Both the position numbers and the translations under genes were made by a program. The notes beneath the pieces were generated by a model. It had not been told where the DNA came from. It ran no database searches and saw nothing but the letters and a program-made list of their open reading frames with translations. Positions 19,655-29,420 of a stretch of DNA of 64,000 bases are shown one piece after another. Source of the DNA: Desulfatiglandales bacterium (GTDB lineage Bacteria; Desulfobacterota; DSM-4660; Desulfatiglandales; Desulfatiglandaceae); contig OY759599.1 in NCBI GenBank assembly GCA_963662465.1, positions 3,808,001 through 3,872,000 on the forward strand, read 5' to 3'. Each line of letters begins with the position of its first letter. Positions within the stretch are counted from its first letter, which is position 1.

Positions 19655-20771
19655 CAGAGGTCAGAGGTCAGAAGACAGAAGACAGAGGTCAGAGGTCAGA
19701 AGGCGGAGATCAGAGGTCTGTCGTCCGTCCTCCTCACTCTTCACTCTTCACTCTTCACTCTTCACTTTCTTTCTGTGCCTGATCTTCTCCGTCCTCTGTA
19801 GCTGTTATCCCGCGCCCGTTGAGATTAAGGACGATACGCCGTTTAAGACCGTTGCATTCGAGTCCAGTATCCCCTATGTAACGCCTGAACTTCTGAAAAT
19901 CTACGACGCCAACCTGGACAAGGTGTATCTCATTGGTCCGGGGGATGTATTGAAGGTTGCCGTCTGGAACCGTCCCGATCTGGCAGGGGAACATGTGGTG
20001 GGACCCCACGGGCTTATTACGCTGCCCATGGTCGGCGTGTTCAAGATTGGCGGCATGAGCCGGGAGGATGCGGCACAAGCCATCAAGAAGTTGTATGTGA
20101 AATATTATGAAGATCCTTTGGTGACAGTCGGCATCACCGAATATAAAAACAACAAGGTTTTTGTTCTGGGCCGGGTGGATCATCCGGGCATTATTCATTT
20201 TGATGGGGCCGTTACCCTGCTTGAAGCCCTTTCCATGGCCGGCGGCCTTCCCACGGAGGATAAAAGCGTATTTCTATCAAAATGCTATATTGTTCGGGGC
20301 CGGGATCAGATCATCTGGGTAGATCTGCTGCGGCTCTTGCAGAAGGCGGACATGCGATTGAATGTGCGCTTGGCCAATAATGATATCGTTTATATTCCCG
20401 ACTCCATGGATGCCGCCGTCTTTGTGATGGGCGAAATCAATACGCCGGGTTCAGTGCCTATTCAGACCACGGCACTGACGATTCTGGATGCCATTAATCT
20501 GGCCGGTGGACCCACGGAAAATGCCAATATCGAAGAGATTCGCCTGATCCGGAAGGTGAAGGATCTGGAAGGGGTTAAAACCGTGAATTTAGAAACCATT
20601 CTGGCCCGGGGAGATTTCTCCCAAAACTATGTCCTTCAGGACAATGATATTATCTATCTTCCCAGAAAGGGGATCGCCAGGTTTAATTATTACTTAAGAC
20701 AGATTGATCCTTTGTTGAGAACCTTTATCAGCGGATCGGTTTTGTATGATATTTCAAGACCGAGCGACTAA
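19644..20771 (+). CDS. Polysaccharide export protein (Wza/Poly_export plus SLBB domains)
   Basis: YLIGPGDVLKV, VFVLGRVDHPG, LLEALSMAGG, VFVMGEI; lipobox-like LCS-C; start uncertain. Confidence 0.88.
   Translation: MTDNRGQRSEDRRQRSEVRRRRSEVCRPSSSLFTLHSSLFTFFLCLIFSVLCSCYPAPVEIKDDTPFKTVAFESSIPYVTPELLKIYDANLDKVYLIGPGDVLKVAVWNRPDLAGEHVVGPHGLITLPMVGVFKIGGMSREDAAQAIKKLYVKYYEDPLVTVGITEYKNNKVFVLGRVDHPGIIHFDGAVTLLEALSMAGGLPTEDKSVFLSKCYIVRGRDQIIWVDLLRLLQKADMRLNVRLANNDIVYIPDSMDAAVFVMGEINTPGSVPIQTTALTILDAINLAGGPTENANIEEIRLIRKVKDLEGVKTVNLETILARGDFSQNYVLQDNDIIYLPRKGIARFNYYLRQIDPLLRTFISGSVLYDISRPSD
19654..19800 (+). repeat. Short tandem heptamer repeats (AGAGGTC/AGAAGAC and TCACTCT)
   Basis: Runs visible at ~19654-19720 and ~19733-19767; related heptamer runs at ~21800-21840 and ~22358-22385. 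Confidence 0.85.
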
Positions 20772-20813
20772 ATTTCGTGTCATGAGCTTATAAAAAAAAG
20801 CATACTGGAGAAA

Positions 20814-21797
20814 ATGATCATGAAAATTTCAGTGATTGTTGTCAGTTTCAATACAAATGCCATGCTCAAAAAATGCCTGGAATCGCTGTTTCAATATCCC
20901 GGCGGCCATGAGCTGGAAGTCTTTGTGGTGGACAACGACTCAAGAGATGATTCCGCGGCCATGGTCCGGGAATTCTTCAAGCAGGTCCATCTGATCGAAA
21001 ATAAAACCAATCTCGGGTTTGCCGCAGCCAACAACCAGGCCTATGAACTGGCGACCGGTCAATATATTGTTTTGCTGAATCCAGATGCCTACGTTAAACC
21101 GGGGGCCATGGAAAATGGAGTGACCTTCATGGAAGATCATCCGGAATGCGGACTCTGTGGCGGTCGTCTGGTAAACCTGGATGGTGATCTGGACCCATCC
21201 GCACGAAGATTTCCCAACAGTTTGTACAAATTCTTCACGTTGAGCGGCCTCAGCGATAAATATCGCTCTTCAAAGATTTTTGGTCGGGGGGATTTTAAGT
21301 ATTTTGATCACAACAGCGTTCAGGAGGTGGATTGGGTGCCGGGAACCTTTACCATCTACCGCCGTCGCATGCTGACCCAGACCGGTCTTTTTGACGAGCG
21401 GTTTTTTATCTACTATGAGGAGACGGACCTTTGCCTTCGCGCCAAACGAAATGGTTGGAAGGTGTTTTTTGTTCCCGATGCCGAGGTGATTCATGTGGGG
21501 GGCGGCAGTGCCAGGACCCGAAAGGACCAGAAGTTTGATAAGGGCGGCAGCCAGGTGCTCAAGTTCAGGATGCGGAGCGAATATCTCTATTTTCGAAAAA
21601 ATTTTGGGTTTTTTTCGCTCATGGCCAATGCCGGTGTTGAAATTGGTTGGCATGCGTTGCGGTATCTGGCAAACCTGAGACCCGGTAGTGAAAACCGTTC
21701 CCTGAAACGGGAGGAATCCTTTGGTTTTATTCAGCAGGGGGTTCAGGCTTTGTGGGATACCCGGCTGGGGCGGGTTTCGCCGGAGATACCCTGGTAG
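20814..21797 (+). CDS. Glycosyltransferase family 2 (rhamnosyltransferase-like)
   Basis: VVDNDSRD, NLGFAAANN, LLNPD, FDERFFIYYEETDLC. Confidence 0.9.
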   Translation: MIMKISVIVVSFNTNAMLKKCLESLFQYPGGHELEVFVVDNDSRDDSAAMVREFFKQVHLIENKTNLGFAAANNQAYELATGQYIVLLNPDAYVKPGAMENGVTFMEDHPECGLCGGRLVNLDGDLDPSARRFPNSLYKFFTLSGLSDKYRSSKIFGRGDFKYFDHNSVQEVDWVPGTFTIYRRRMLTQTGLFDERFFIYYEETDLCLRAKRNGWKVFFVPDAEVIHVGGGSARTRKDQKFDKGGSQVLKFRMRSEYLYFRKNFGFFSLMANAGVEIGWHALRYLANLRPGSENRSLKREESFGFIQQGVQALWDTRLGRVSPEIPW

Positions 21798-21854
21798 ATT
21801 AGTTAAGAGTTAAAAGTTAAGAGTGACAGGTGACGAGTGGTGTGAGGGGATGGT

Positions 21855-22361
21855 ATGGGGATTTTTCCGAATTTAAGAGAGGATTTGAAAACATACGGGG
21901 GGGACTGGGGGTGCCAGGGGTTCTGGGTCATGATCGTTTACCGGTTCGGTCGGTGGCGGTATACCATTTCTAATCCTTGGTTCCGAAAACCCTGTTCCTT
22001 TATGTATAAATTTATGTACAAAGGGATTCAAATCATTACGGGGATTGAGTTTCCCTGTGAGGTGCGGGTTGGTGAAAACTTCAGGATCGATCATTTCGGC
22101 GATATCGTGGTGAGCGGGTATGCCGAATTCGGCGATAACTGCATTATCCGGAACGGCGTCACCGTGGGGTTGAGCCATACGGCCCATCCAGTGGCGCCGC
22201 ATATCGGAAACAATGTGGACATCGGGGTGGGAGCGAAAATCCTGGGAGACATTACGGTGGGCGACAACGTGGTCATCGGCGCCAATGCGGTGGTGATCCG
22301 GGATGTGCCCCCCGACAGTGTTGCGGTGGGTATACCCGCCCGTATCATTTTTAAGTGTTAA
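21855..22361 (+). CDS. Hexapeptide-repeat O-acetyltransferase (CysE/WcaB-like)
   Basis: RIDHFG, IGNNVDIGVGAKILG, IGANAVV, VGIPAR. Confidence 0.88.
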   Translation: MGIFPNLREDLKTYGGDWGCQGFWVMIVYRFGRWRYTISNPWFRKPCSFMYKFMYKGIQIITGIEFPCEVRVGENFRIDHFGDIVVSGYAEFGDNCIIRNGVTVGLSHTAHPVAPHIGNNVDIGVGAKILGDITVGDNVVIGANAVVIRDVPPDSVAVGIPARIIFKC

Positions 22362-22409
22362 GTTTTAGGTTTTAAGTTTTAAGTAAAAAAACGAAAGCGG
22401 AGTGAATCC

Positions 22410-24665
22410 ATGGATATTGATGTGGTAATCATCGGGGTCAATACGGAGAAGACCCTTGGAAAATGCATTGAAAGCGTCAAGGAAAGCCCTTACAAGGAAG
22501 GTAAAATCCACATCTGGTATGTGGATGGGGGGTCCATGGACGGCAGCGTCGCCGTTGCCGAAGGCCATGGTGGTGTAACGGTTATCCGGATTCATCCGGC
22601 CCATATTGTACAAACGGGGCCGACACCGGGTCTGGGTCGGAATGCGGGCTGGCGGGCCGGAAGCGCCCCTCTGGTTCAGTTTTTGGATTCGGATACCCTT
22701 ATGGATGCGGGCTGGCTTGAAAAGGCCGTTTCCACCATGTCGCCGGATGTGGGGGCCGTCCGGGGCAACCGCGAGGAGATCAACCCTTACGTATCGGTTT
22801 ACAACTGGATCGGGAGTTTGGAATGGAATGCGCGCCAGGGAGAATGCGAGGCTTTCGGTGGGGATGTGCTGATCCGACGTGCCATTCTGGAAGAGACGGA
22901 GGGTTACGACGAAGTCCTGGTGGGAGGAGAAGACCCCGAGCTGAGTCAGCGGGTGCGGCTCAAGGGGTGGAAAATTATTCAACTGGATGAACCCATGACC
23001 CGGCATGACCTGGCCATGACAAGGGTGAGCCAGTACTGGAAACGCTGTTTTCGCACCGGCTATGGGTTTGCCGCGGTAACAGCCCGCTTCGGCACTGCCA
23101 CCAAAGGCTTCTGGTTCCATGAGCTGATTCGCATCCTGATCCGGGGGGGTGGTTTTCTGGGGTTTGCTCTATTGGCGCTGGTGGGAATTTTCTTCAGCCC
23201 ATGGGCCATTCTTTTTCTGCTGCCGGGGTTGCTGCTCCTTTTTTTTCCCCGTATATTCAGGCTTTCTTATTTCATGAAGGACAAGGGGTTAACGCTGGAT
23301 CAGGCAAAGACCTATGCGCTGCACTGTTCCCTGATTGTGATTCCTGAATTTTTGGGTCTGGCCCGGTTCTTTTACGGACATCTGACGGGAAAGCCGTTGC
23401 GGAACAAGCGATCCGGTCTGGGAACCCCTATGACGATCACAAAGGAGAGAAGCATGGGAATCATGAAAAAGGTGGTTTATCTGGCCAGCGAGTATCCGGG
23501 CATTTCCCACACCTTTATTTTCAGGGAGATCCGCTCCTTGAGACAGCAGGGGTTTCATGTGATGACCGCTTCTATCAGAAGGCCCGGGAACCTGGAAAAA
23601 ATGACCGCCGAGGAAAAAGCGGATGCCGAAAAGACCCTATATATTAAAGATTCTTCGCTGTTGAAGGTGGTTACTTCCCATCTGGCACTGCTTTTTAATG
23701 GGCCGAAACCTTATTTCTTCATGCTGCGCCAGACCTTCAGGTTTTCGCGAATGGGTTTTCGCAATAGCCTCAAAGCCATGGCCTATTTTGCAGAGGCCGG
23801 GGTTCTGATCAGATGGATGCACCATCATCAAATGACCCACGTGCATGTTCATTTTGCCAACCCGGCTGCCACCGTTGCCATGATTGCCGCCACTTACGGC
23901 ACCTTGTCCTACAGCCTGAGCGTCCATGGGCCGGATGTGTTCTATAATGTGGATACCATTCTGCTGGCGGAAAAGGTGAAACGGGCCCGGGCCGTTCGGT
24001 GCATCAGTTATTATTGCCGAAGCCAGCTCATGCGTCTGGTGCCCCATGAACTGTGGTCCCGGTTTCATATCGTTCGCTGCGGTATCGATCCGGCCCGTTT
24101 TGCACCCCGACCGGACCCGGAAAATGAGATTCCCGAACTTCTCTGCCTGGGAAGGCTGGTGCCGGCCAAGGGGCAACATATTCTGCTGGAGGCGTGCGGG
24201 CTCCTGAAGCAGCGAAACCTGCCCTTTCACCTGACCTATGTGGGCGGCGGTGAGGACCGGGATTCCCTGGAAGCCCTGGCCCAAGATCTGGGGATCAGCC
24301 ATCTGGTAGAATTTACCGGCGCTGTGGGCCAGGACGAGGTTCACGGGTATTACGACCGGGCCGATATTTTTGTTCTGGCCAGTTTTGCCGAAGGGGTTCC
24401 GGTGGTCCTCATGGAGGCCATGGCCAAGGAGATTGTTTCCCTATCCACCCGGATCACCGGCATTCCGGAACTGATTGAAGATGGGGTGGATGGGGTATTG
24501 GTAGCGCCTTCTGATGTGGAAGGATTGGCGGACAGATTGCAGGCGTTGATTTCAGATCCGGATCTCAGGCGGAAATTGGGTAAACAGGGTCGTCTGAAGG
24601 TCCTTGAAATGTACGACCTGGATCGAAACTGCAAGGAAATGGCGGAATTTTTCAGTTATTGCTGA
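22410..24665 (+). CDS. Fused glycosyltransferase: N-terminal GT2 plus C-terminal GT4 (WcaL-like)
   Basis: GT2 motifs YVDGGSMDG, FLDSD, GEDPEL; GT4 motifs HVHF, GRLVPAKG, EGVPVVLMEAMA. Confidence 0.88.
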   Translation: MDIDVVIIGVNTEKTLGKCIESVKESPYKEGKIHIWYVDGGSMDGSVAVAEGHGGVTVIRIHPAHIVQTGPTPGLGRNAGWRAGSAPLVQFLDSDTLMDAGWLEKAVSTMSPDVGAVRGNREEINPYVSVYNWIGSLEWNARQGECEAFGGDVLIRRAILEETEGYDEVLVGGEDPELSQRVRLKGWKIIQLDEPMTRHDLAMTRVSQYWKRCFRTGYGFAAVTARFGTATKGFWFHELIRILIRGGGFLGFALLALVGIFFSPWAILFLLPGLLLLFFPRIFRLSYFMKDKGLTLDQAKTYALHCSLIVIPEFLGLARFFYGHLTGKPLRNKRSGLGTPMTITKERSMGIMKKVVYLASEYPGISHTFIFREIRSLRQQGFHVMTASIRRPGNLEKMTAEEKADAEKTLYIKDSSLLKVVTSHLALLFNGPKPYFFMLRQTFRFSRMGFRNSLKAMAYFAEAGVLIRWMHHHQMTHVHVHFANPAATVAMIAATYGTLSYSLSVHGPDVFYNVDTILLAEKVKRARAVRCISYYCRSQLMRLVPHELWSRFHIVRCGIDPARFAPRPDPENEIPELLCLGRLVPAKGQHILLEACGLLKQRNLPFHLTYVGGGEDRDSLEALAQDLGISHLVEFTGAVGQDEVHGYYDRADIFVLASFAEGVPVVLMEAMAKEIVSLSTRITGIPELIEDGVDGVLVAPSDVEGLADRLQALISDPDLRRKLGKQGRLKVLEMYDLDRNCKEMAEFFSYC

Positions 24666-24672
24666 CATAAAA

Positions 24673-25722
24673 ATGAAGCAGCGAATCGAGTGGCTCGACA
24701 ATTTAAGGGCGATCGCCATATTTTTCGTGGTGCTGGGGCATACGGTGGGTCTTCCTGAGCATGTGGAAAAATTGATCTTTTCCTTTCACATGCCCATTTT
24801 TTTCTGGATTTCAGGGCTTTTTGCCAAAGAGAGCATTCGCGATGAATCCTTTTCCGGGTTTATTTCCAAAAGATGGCGAAAGCGCCTGATTCCCTACCTT
24901 TCCTTTTCCATCATCAGCTATGTGGCCTGGTTTTTCCTGTTCAGGCATTTCGGGAGCCAGGCAGAGATGAACATCAGCCCCATTCGACCGCTCATCGGGT
25001 TTTTTTATGGCAACGGCATCAACGACTGGTTGGTGACCAATACCGTATTGTGGTTTTTTCTGTGTTTGTTTATTACGGAAATTTTTTTCTACTTTGTGAT
25101 CAAGGTCCCTTCGAAGCTTTGGATGGTGCTGCTGCTGGCGGGGTTTTCCATGGTGGGATATCTGGATGTTCACTACAACCCGCCCGATAGTTTCAGACTG
25201 CCCTGGGACATGGATATTGCGCTTACCACAGTTGTTTTCTATGGTGCCGGCTATCTTTCAAAAGGATACGTACTCGGAAATAAAAAAGCCACCCCCTGGC
25301 GGTGGCTCGTCATGCTCCTCAGCCTTGTCATTTATACGGTTTTCAGCCTCTTGAATCGGAAAGTAGCCCTGGTGGCGGGCGTGTACGGCAATTATTTTTA
25401 TTTTTATGCAGCTGCCATGGCGGGCATCTGCTTCTGGATGGAGCTGGCCTACATGATTCCGACGTCACGGTTTTTTTCCAAGATCGGCCGGAACACCCTC
25501 ACCATATTCTCCCTGCACCTGCTGGTGTTCCCATTCATTACCGCTGTTTTGGTCTACGGACTGAAGATGCCTTCCCAACTGAAATTTGAGTCTGCATCCC
25601 TCTCCCTGGCCTATGCGGTCATCAGCATCCTGGTGCTGCTGCCCATATCCGATCTGATCAATCGATATGTTCCCTTCATTCTGGGGGAGTCCCGAAAACC
25701 GGCGTCACGAGTAACCCTTTAA
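24673..25722 (+). CDS. Acyltransferase family 3 (membrane O-acetyltransferase), copy 1
   Basis: RIEWLDNLRAIAIFFVVLGH, SFHMPIFFWISG, LWFFLCL, IGRNTL..F.LH. Confidence 0.92.
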   Translation: MKQRIEWLDNLRAIAIFFVVLGHTVGLPEHVEKLIFSFHMPIFFWISGLFAKESIRDESFSGFISKRWRKRLIPYLSFSIISYVAWFFLFRHFGSQAEMNISPIRPLIGFFYGNGINDWLVTNTVLWFFLCLFITEIFFYFVIKVPSKLWMVLLLAGFSMVGYLDVHYNPPDSFRLPWDMDIALTTVVFYGAGYLSKGYVLGNKKATPWRWLVMLLSLVIYTVFSLLNRKVALVAGVYGNYFYFYAAAMAGICFWMELAYMIPTSRFFSKIGRNTLTIFSLHLLVFPFITAVLVYGLKMPSQLKFESASLSLAYAVISILVLLPISDLINRYVPFILGESRKPASRVTL

Positions 25723-25735
25723 CCTATAATTCCAA

Positions 25736-26947
25736 TTGAGGTTCAAAATGTTTATAATTCATCTTATGTTCACCCTGGTATTCCTGTATGTGATCATCAC
25801 AACCCTTTACCTCGTCATCCTGACCGTTGCCGCCTATTGTTTCACGAAGAAGCAAGGCTCTATTCCCGGCCCCTTTTCCATAGCGCTCATCATCCCCGCT
25901 CACAACGAGGCCCTTGAAATCAGGAAGACCATTGAAAATGTCAAGGCCTGCGGTTATCCTGAAGATGCCCATGGTATTGTGGTGATTGCCGATAATTGCG
26001 ACGATGAAACCGCTTCCCTGGCCCGGTCCGCGGGGGCTGTGGTGGTGGAGCGGACGGACATGGCAAACCGCGGGAAAGGCCAGGCCCTGGACTGGTTTTT
26101 CAAGAACCACGCTGACATTTATGGACGCTACGATGCCGTGGCCATCATGGATGCGGATACCCTCATGCATCCGGATTTTCTCTCTGAAATATCCTCGAGT
26201 CTTTCTTCTCCGGGGGTGAACGCGATGCAGGGCTATTATGGGGTTTCCAATCCCGAGGACAACTGGCGTACGGCATTGTCTTCCGCGGCCCTGAATGTAT
26301 TTCACCATATTCGTCCCGCCGGCCGCAACCGCATCGGGGGGACGGCAGGGCTCAAGGGAAACGGTATGGCCTTTAAAACCGACATCCTCAAAACATACGG
26401 CTGGCCCGCTTATTCTATTGTGGAAGATATTGAATTTTCCATGATCCTGCTTCACGACGGCATCCTGGTGCATTATAATCCGGACGCCATCGTTTATGGA
26501 GAGATGGCTACGGAAAAGAAACAGGCCGAAACCCAGCGAAAGCGCTGGGAAGGGGGGCGTTTCGAGGTCTTCAAGAAATACGGTTTGCCGCTGCTCAAAA
26601 TGTGGTCCAAGGACAAAAAAAAGGTGTGCTACCTGGATGGTTTCATGGAGTTGTTTACCCCGCCCCTTTCGCTTCTGGTGATGGGACAGATCCTCTTTTT
26701 TGGGGTGTCGGCCTTTATGTATCCGGCCCTGTTCAAACTTTCCATCTATTGCCTGCTGGGAACTGCCTTCTATGTCTTTTCCGGATTGATCCTCAAGAAG
26801 GCCCCTCTTTATGTTTGGAAATGCCTTTTTTCCGCCCCTTTCTTCATCCTGTGGAAAATTCCCATTTATTTGAAAATCGTAAAAAAAGGGGAGCAGCGTA
26901 CATGGGAGAGGACTCAGCGAAAATCTGAATTGGAGAAGAAAGAGTGA
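25736..26947 (+). CDS. Membrane glycosyltransferase family 2, copy 1
   Basis: IPAHNE, IADNC, GKG, DAD, VED, QRKRW motif. Confidence 0.92.
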   Translation: MRFKMFIIHLMFTLVFLYVIITTLYLVILTVAAYCFTKKQGSIPGPFSIALIIPAHNEALEIRKTIENVKACGYPEDAHGIVVIADNCDDETASLARSAGAVVVERTDMANRGKGQALDWFFKNHADIYGRYDAVAIMDADTLMHPDFLSEISSSLSSPGVNAMQGYYGVSNPEDNWRTALSSAALNVFHHIRPAGRNRIGGTAGLKGNGMAFKTDILKTYGWPAYSIVEDIEFSMILLHDGILVHYNPDAIVYGEMATEKKQAETQRKRWEGGRFEVFKKYGLPLLKMWSKDKKKVCYLDGFMELFTPPLSLLVMGQILFFGVSAFMYPALFKLSIYCLLGTAFYVFSGLILKKAPLYVWKCLFSAPFFILWKIPIYLKIVKKGEQRTWERTQRKSELEKKE

Positions 26948-27041
26948 TAGGCCATTCGGTTCGAGCGGGTTTGGTCAAAAAAACACACAGGATAAACCAG
27001 TGGTTTTCATGCTCGGTCCCTGTCCCTTATTGTTGGAGTAA

Positions 27042-27070
27042 TTGACAACGGACGCGGAGATTGGTATTAT
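27042..27070 (+). promoter_or_regulatory. Sigma-70 promoter of the TA-like pair, overlapped by inverted repeats
   Basis: TTGACA-17 bp-TATTAT; flanking TGTTGGAGTAAT (27031) and ATTATTTCCAACA (27066). Confidence 0.75.
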
Positions 27071-27077
27071 TTCCAAC

Positions 27078-27374
27078 ATGAAAGCCTTTGAGCTCATTCG
27101 CACACGTATCGCCTATTCTGAGTCGGCCTTTGCTGAGCTGGTATTGTGGCGTCTCCCAAAGCCGATCGAAGGATCGTTACATGGATTCAAGTACAGGCTG
27201 GCGTACGTCGCACGAGGAGAGTGCGTTTTGCGTTACGACAACGAGGTCGGGAAAGGCGATCACCGGCATTTCGGTGGAAAGGAAAGTGCTTACGTGTTTA
27301 CGACACCGGAACAGTTGGTCGCGGATTTCCAGAATGACATTGCGAGGTGGAACCATGAAAACCTTAACCCTTGA
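27078..27374 (+). CDS. DUF6516-like small protein (putative TA component)
   Basis: HGFKYRL...LRYDNE.GKGDHRH motif; overlaps the downstream HTH gene. Confidence 0.75.
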   Translation: MKAFELIRTRIAYSESAFAELVLWRLPKPIEGSLHGFKYRLAYVARGECVLRYDNEVGKGDHRHFGGKESAYVFTTPEQLVADFQNDIARWNHENLNP

Positions 27375-27702
27375 CGTACAAACGCCTACCGATTCAATGG
27401 CGAACTTTGCACGTGCTTGGAAGACAGGCAAACCCCAAAAGTCCACACGTATCAGCTTCGCAACTCCGGAACTGCTTTGGCGCGTGCTGACCGCAAAACG
27501 GTGGGTGTTGCTCAAGGCTCTTTGTGGAGCAGGCCCTGTATCAATCCGCGAAGCTGCTCGACGTGTTGGGCGCGATGTTAAAGCAGTCCACGGCGATGTT
27601 ACCGCACTACTTAACGCCGGCGTCCTTGATCGCACAGACGACGGACGGATCGTTTTTCCCTTCGAAGCCGTGAAAGTTGAATTCTTGTTGCATGCGGCAT
27701 AG
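27355..27702 (+). CDS. HTH DNA-binding protein (putative antitoxin/regulator)
   Basis: LTAKRW.LL...SIREAARRVGRDVKAVHGDV..L wHTH; SD GAGG. Confidence 0.78.
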   Translation: MKTLTLDVQTPTDSMANFARAWKTGKPQKSTRISFATPELLWRVLTAKRWVLLKALCGAGPVSIREAARRVGRDVKAVHGDVTALLNAGVLDRTDDGRIVFPFEAVKVEFLLHAA

Positions 27703-27764
27703 CCCGGTGACATCTTGGGCCGAACAATTTTGATCTATGGCAAGCAGAAACGGAATCAGAGGAG

Positions 27765-27965
27765 TGGTGTCGGCGTTTATGTATCCGGCCCTGTTCAGAT
27801 TTTCCATCTACTGTCTGCTGGGAACCGTGTTCTATAGAGGAAATGATCCGAAGGGATATATGAAACAAGATCGCCCCAGCCTGACTGCACATAAAGTCGC
27901 GATAATGCGGGCAGCACATCAGGTCCTCAATAATCCGAAAGTATTTGAAGATCCGGTAGCGTATG
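27765..27965 (+). pseudogene. Chimeric remnant: GT2 fragment joined to the 5' end of an LCM-type SAM methyltransferase
   Basis: VSAFMYPALFRFSIYCLLGT matches the GT2 gene at ~26705; MKQDRPSLTAHKVAIMRAAHQVLNNPKVFEDP resembles an LCM methyltransferase N-terminus. Confidence 0.6.
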
Positions 27966-28579
27966 GAATTGAGTCGGAAGGGGGAACAACCCTCTGTAAA
28001 GGATTTGACCGAGAAGGAGAAAATCCAGCAGAAGGTGCTGGGTTTGTGATACCTGTTATGCCTATTCTTCTGCTGGATTTTTCGGGGAAAAAGCCAAGAT
28101 TAGATACGGTAGTTTTGACAGGATACGACCGATATAAGATACAAAGATCATGCAAGCTATTTTTTTTGTGGCCGGATAATCGGAAAATGGATCGGCTCCA
28201 ATATGTTGTGGTTGTAGGATTTTTGGATTAGAATTCAGGGACGTGAGGGCTATTTCAGATATGTAAGGCATATCGCAGGTTTTTTGACCTGCTGAAATGT
28301 TGAGATGTTGGAGTTATGTCAAATGGTTGGAGCCCCAAAGCGAATTTTTGCGCCTACTATATCTTGTGTCTGCGTAGCGTTTATAAATTTTCCGTTGCTA
28401 TAGAAAATTTTCTTCATTTCCTGGTGAGATCCCAGGGGATTGGTCTACGAAAGCGAAATCTGTGACTTCAAGGCTGACATATCTAACCTTGCGTTGGACA
28501 CTTCTAAATTTTTCGCTTTACAAGCAGTTGAAAATCGGCCTAAATTGGGCGAAACGAAACGCAAGATTTATGCACGAAT

Positions 28580-29066
28580 GTGCGCCACGAGCGCATTTTA
28601 TATAGAGTGCGCGCAACTGCGCGAGAGATGAGGGTTTGGCCCCTCGAAGTCGGCTTGCAGGAGCAGGCTTCAAACCACCTTAAGCTGCTGTGGTCAAAAG
28701 CCGTGGTGGTGAGCGTTAAGGGAAAGTCGCGGCTTAGGATCGTGGCAGGCGTGGATCATGGAGATGAGCGAAAGCAAACCACTGATGAGGTGTCGAAAAT
28801 AACAAGACGGTGTCAAAACTGGGGTTCATGCTTGGTTCCAGGATGAGTATGCGGGAGACCTGCTTACTGCCCATGCGGCACCCGGCATAAAGGTGGCATG
28901 AACTTGATCCAGGCTCTTGTACGGAACGTGGGAACTCTTCATGTGATGTTAAGAGAAAACCCTATAAGTGAGGCCCACGAAGGGGGAAAGTATCGATGCG
29001 CATGAAGGGGGCGGATCATCCTGTAGTAGCGGGGACCGGAGGTGAAATTCCTCCGGTCTACCCGAC
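28580..29066 (+). mobile_element. Group II intron remnant, ORF-less, with internal deletion of DIII-DV
   Basis: 5' GTGCG; DI-like blocks (GAGCGAAAGC, GTCAAAACTGGGG, GGAACGTGGGAAC); DIII start GGCGGA..GTAGTAG; DVI-type end GACCGGAGGTGAAATTCCTCCGGTCTACCCGAC. Confidence 0.8.
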
Positions 29067-29420
29067 CAGGCAATATGTTTTCAGGCCAACTGACAATGTG
29101 CATGTGCGGAAGTGATCCCACACCCGGTTTATTCAACCTGAAGGAGGCAAATCGATGAAAGAGCTTATTTTTTCAGAAATCAAGAGAACCCTGTTTTCCG
29201 CTTTTTTCCTGCTGTTTATTCCAATCGTTATACTGTTATGTCCTTCCGCTTCATCAGCCGTCTGCACGTGGACTGGAGCCTGGGACATTACGCAGCGTGT
29301 TGCTGGTCAGGAGATAACCCAAAGATTTACCCTTGACCAGAGCGGATCTCAGATAACCGGGTTCAGCGATAATGTAGGAACGGCCTCAGGCGAAACGGTC
29401 AGCTTTCCTGCCTGTTTCGT

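Noticed and set aside
28580..28846. 88-aa ORF
   Set aside because: Lies within group II intron domain I RNA; no RT motifs
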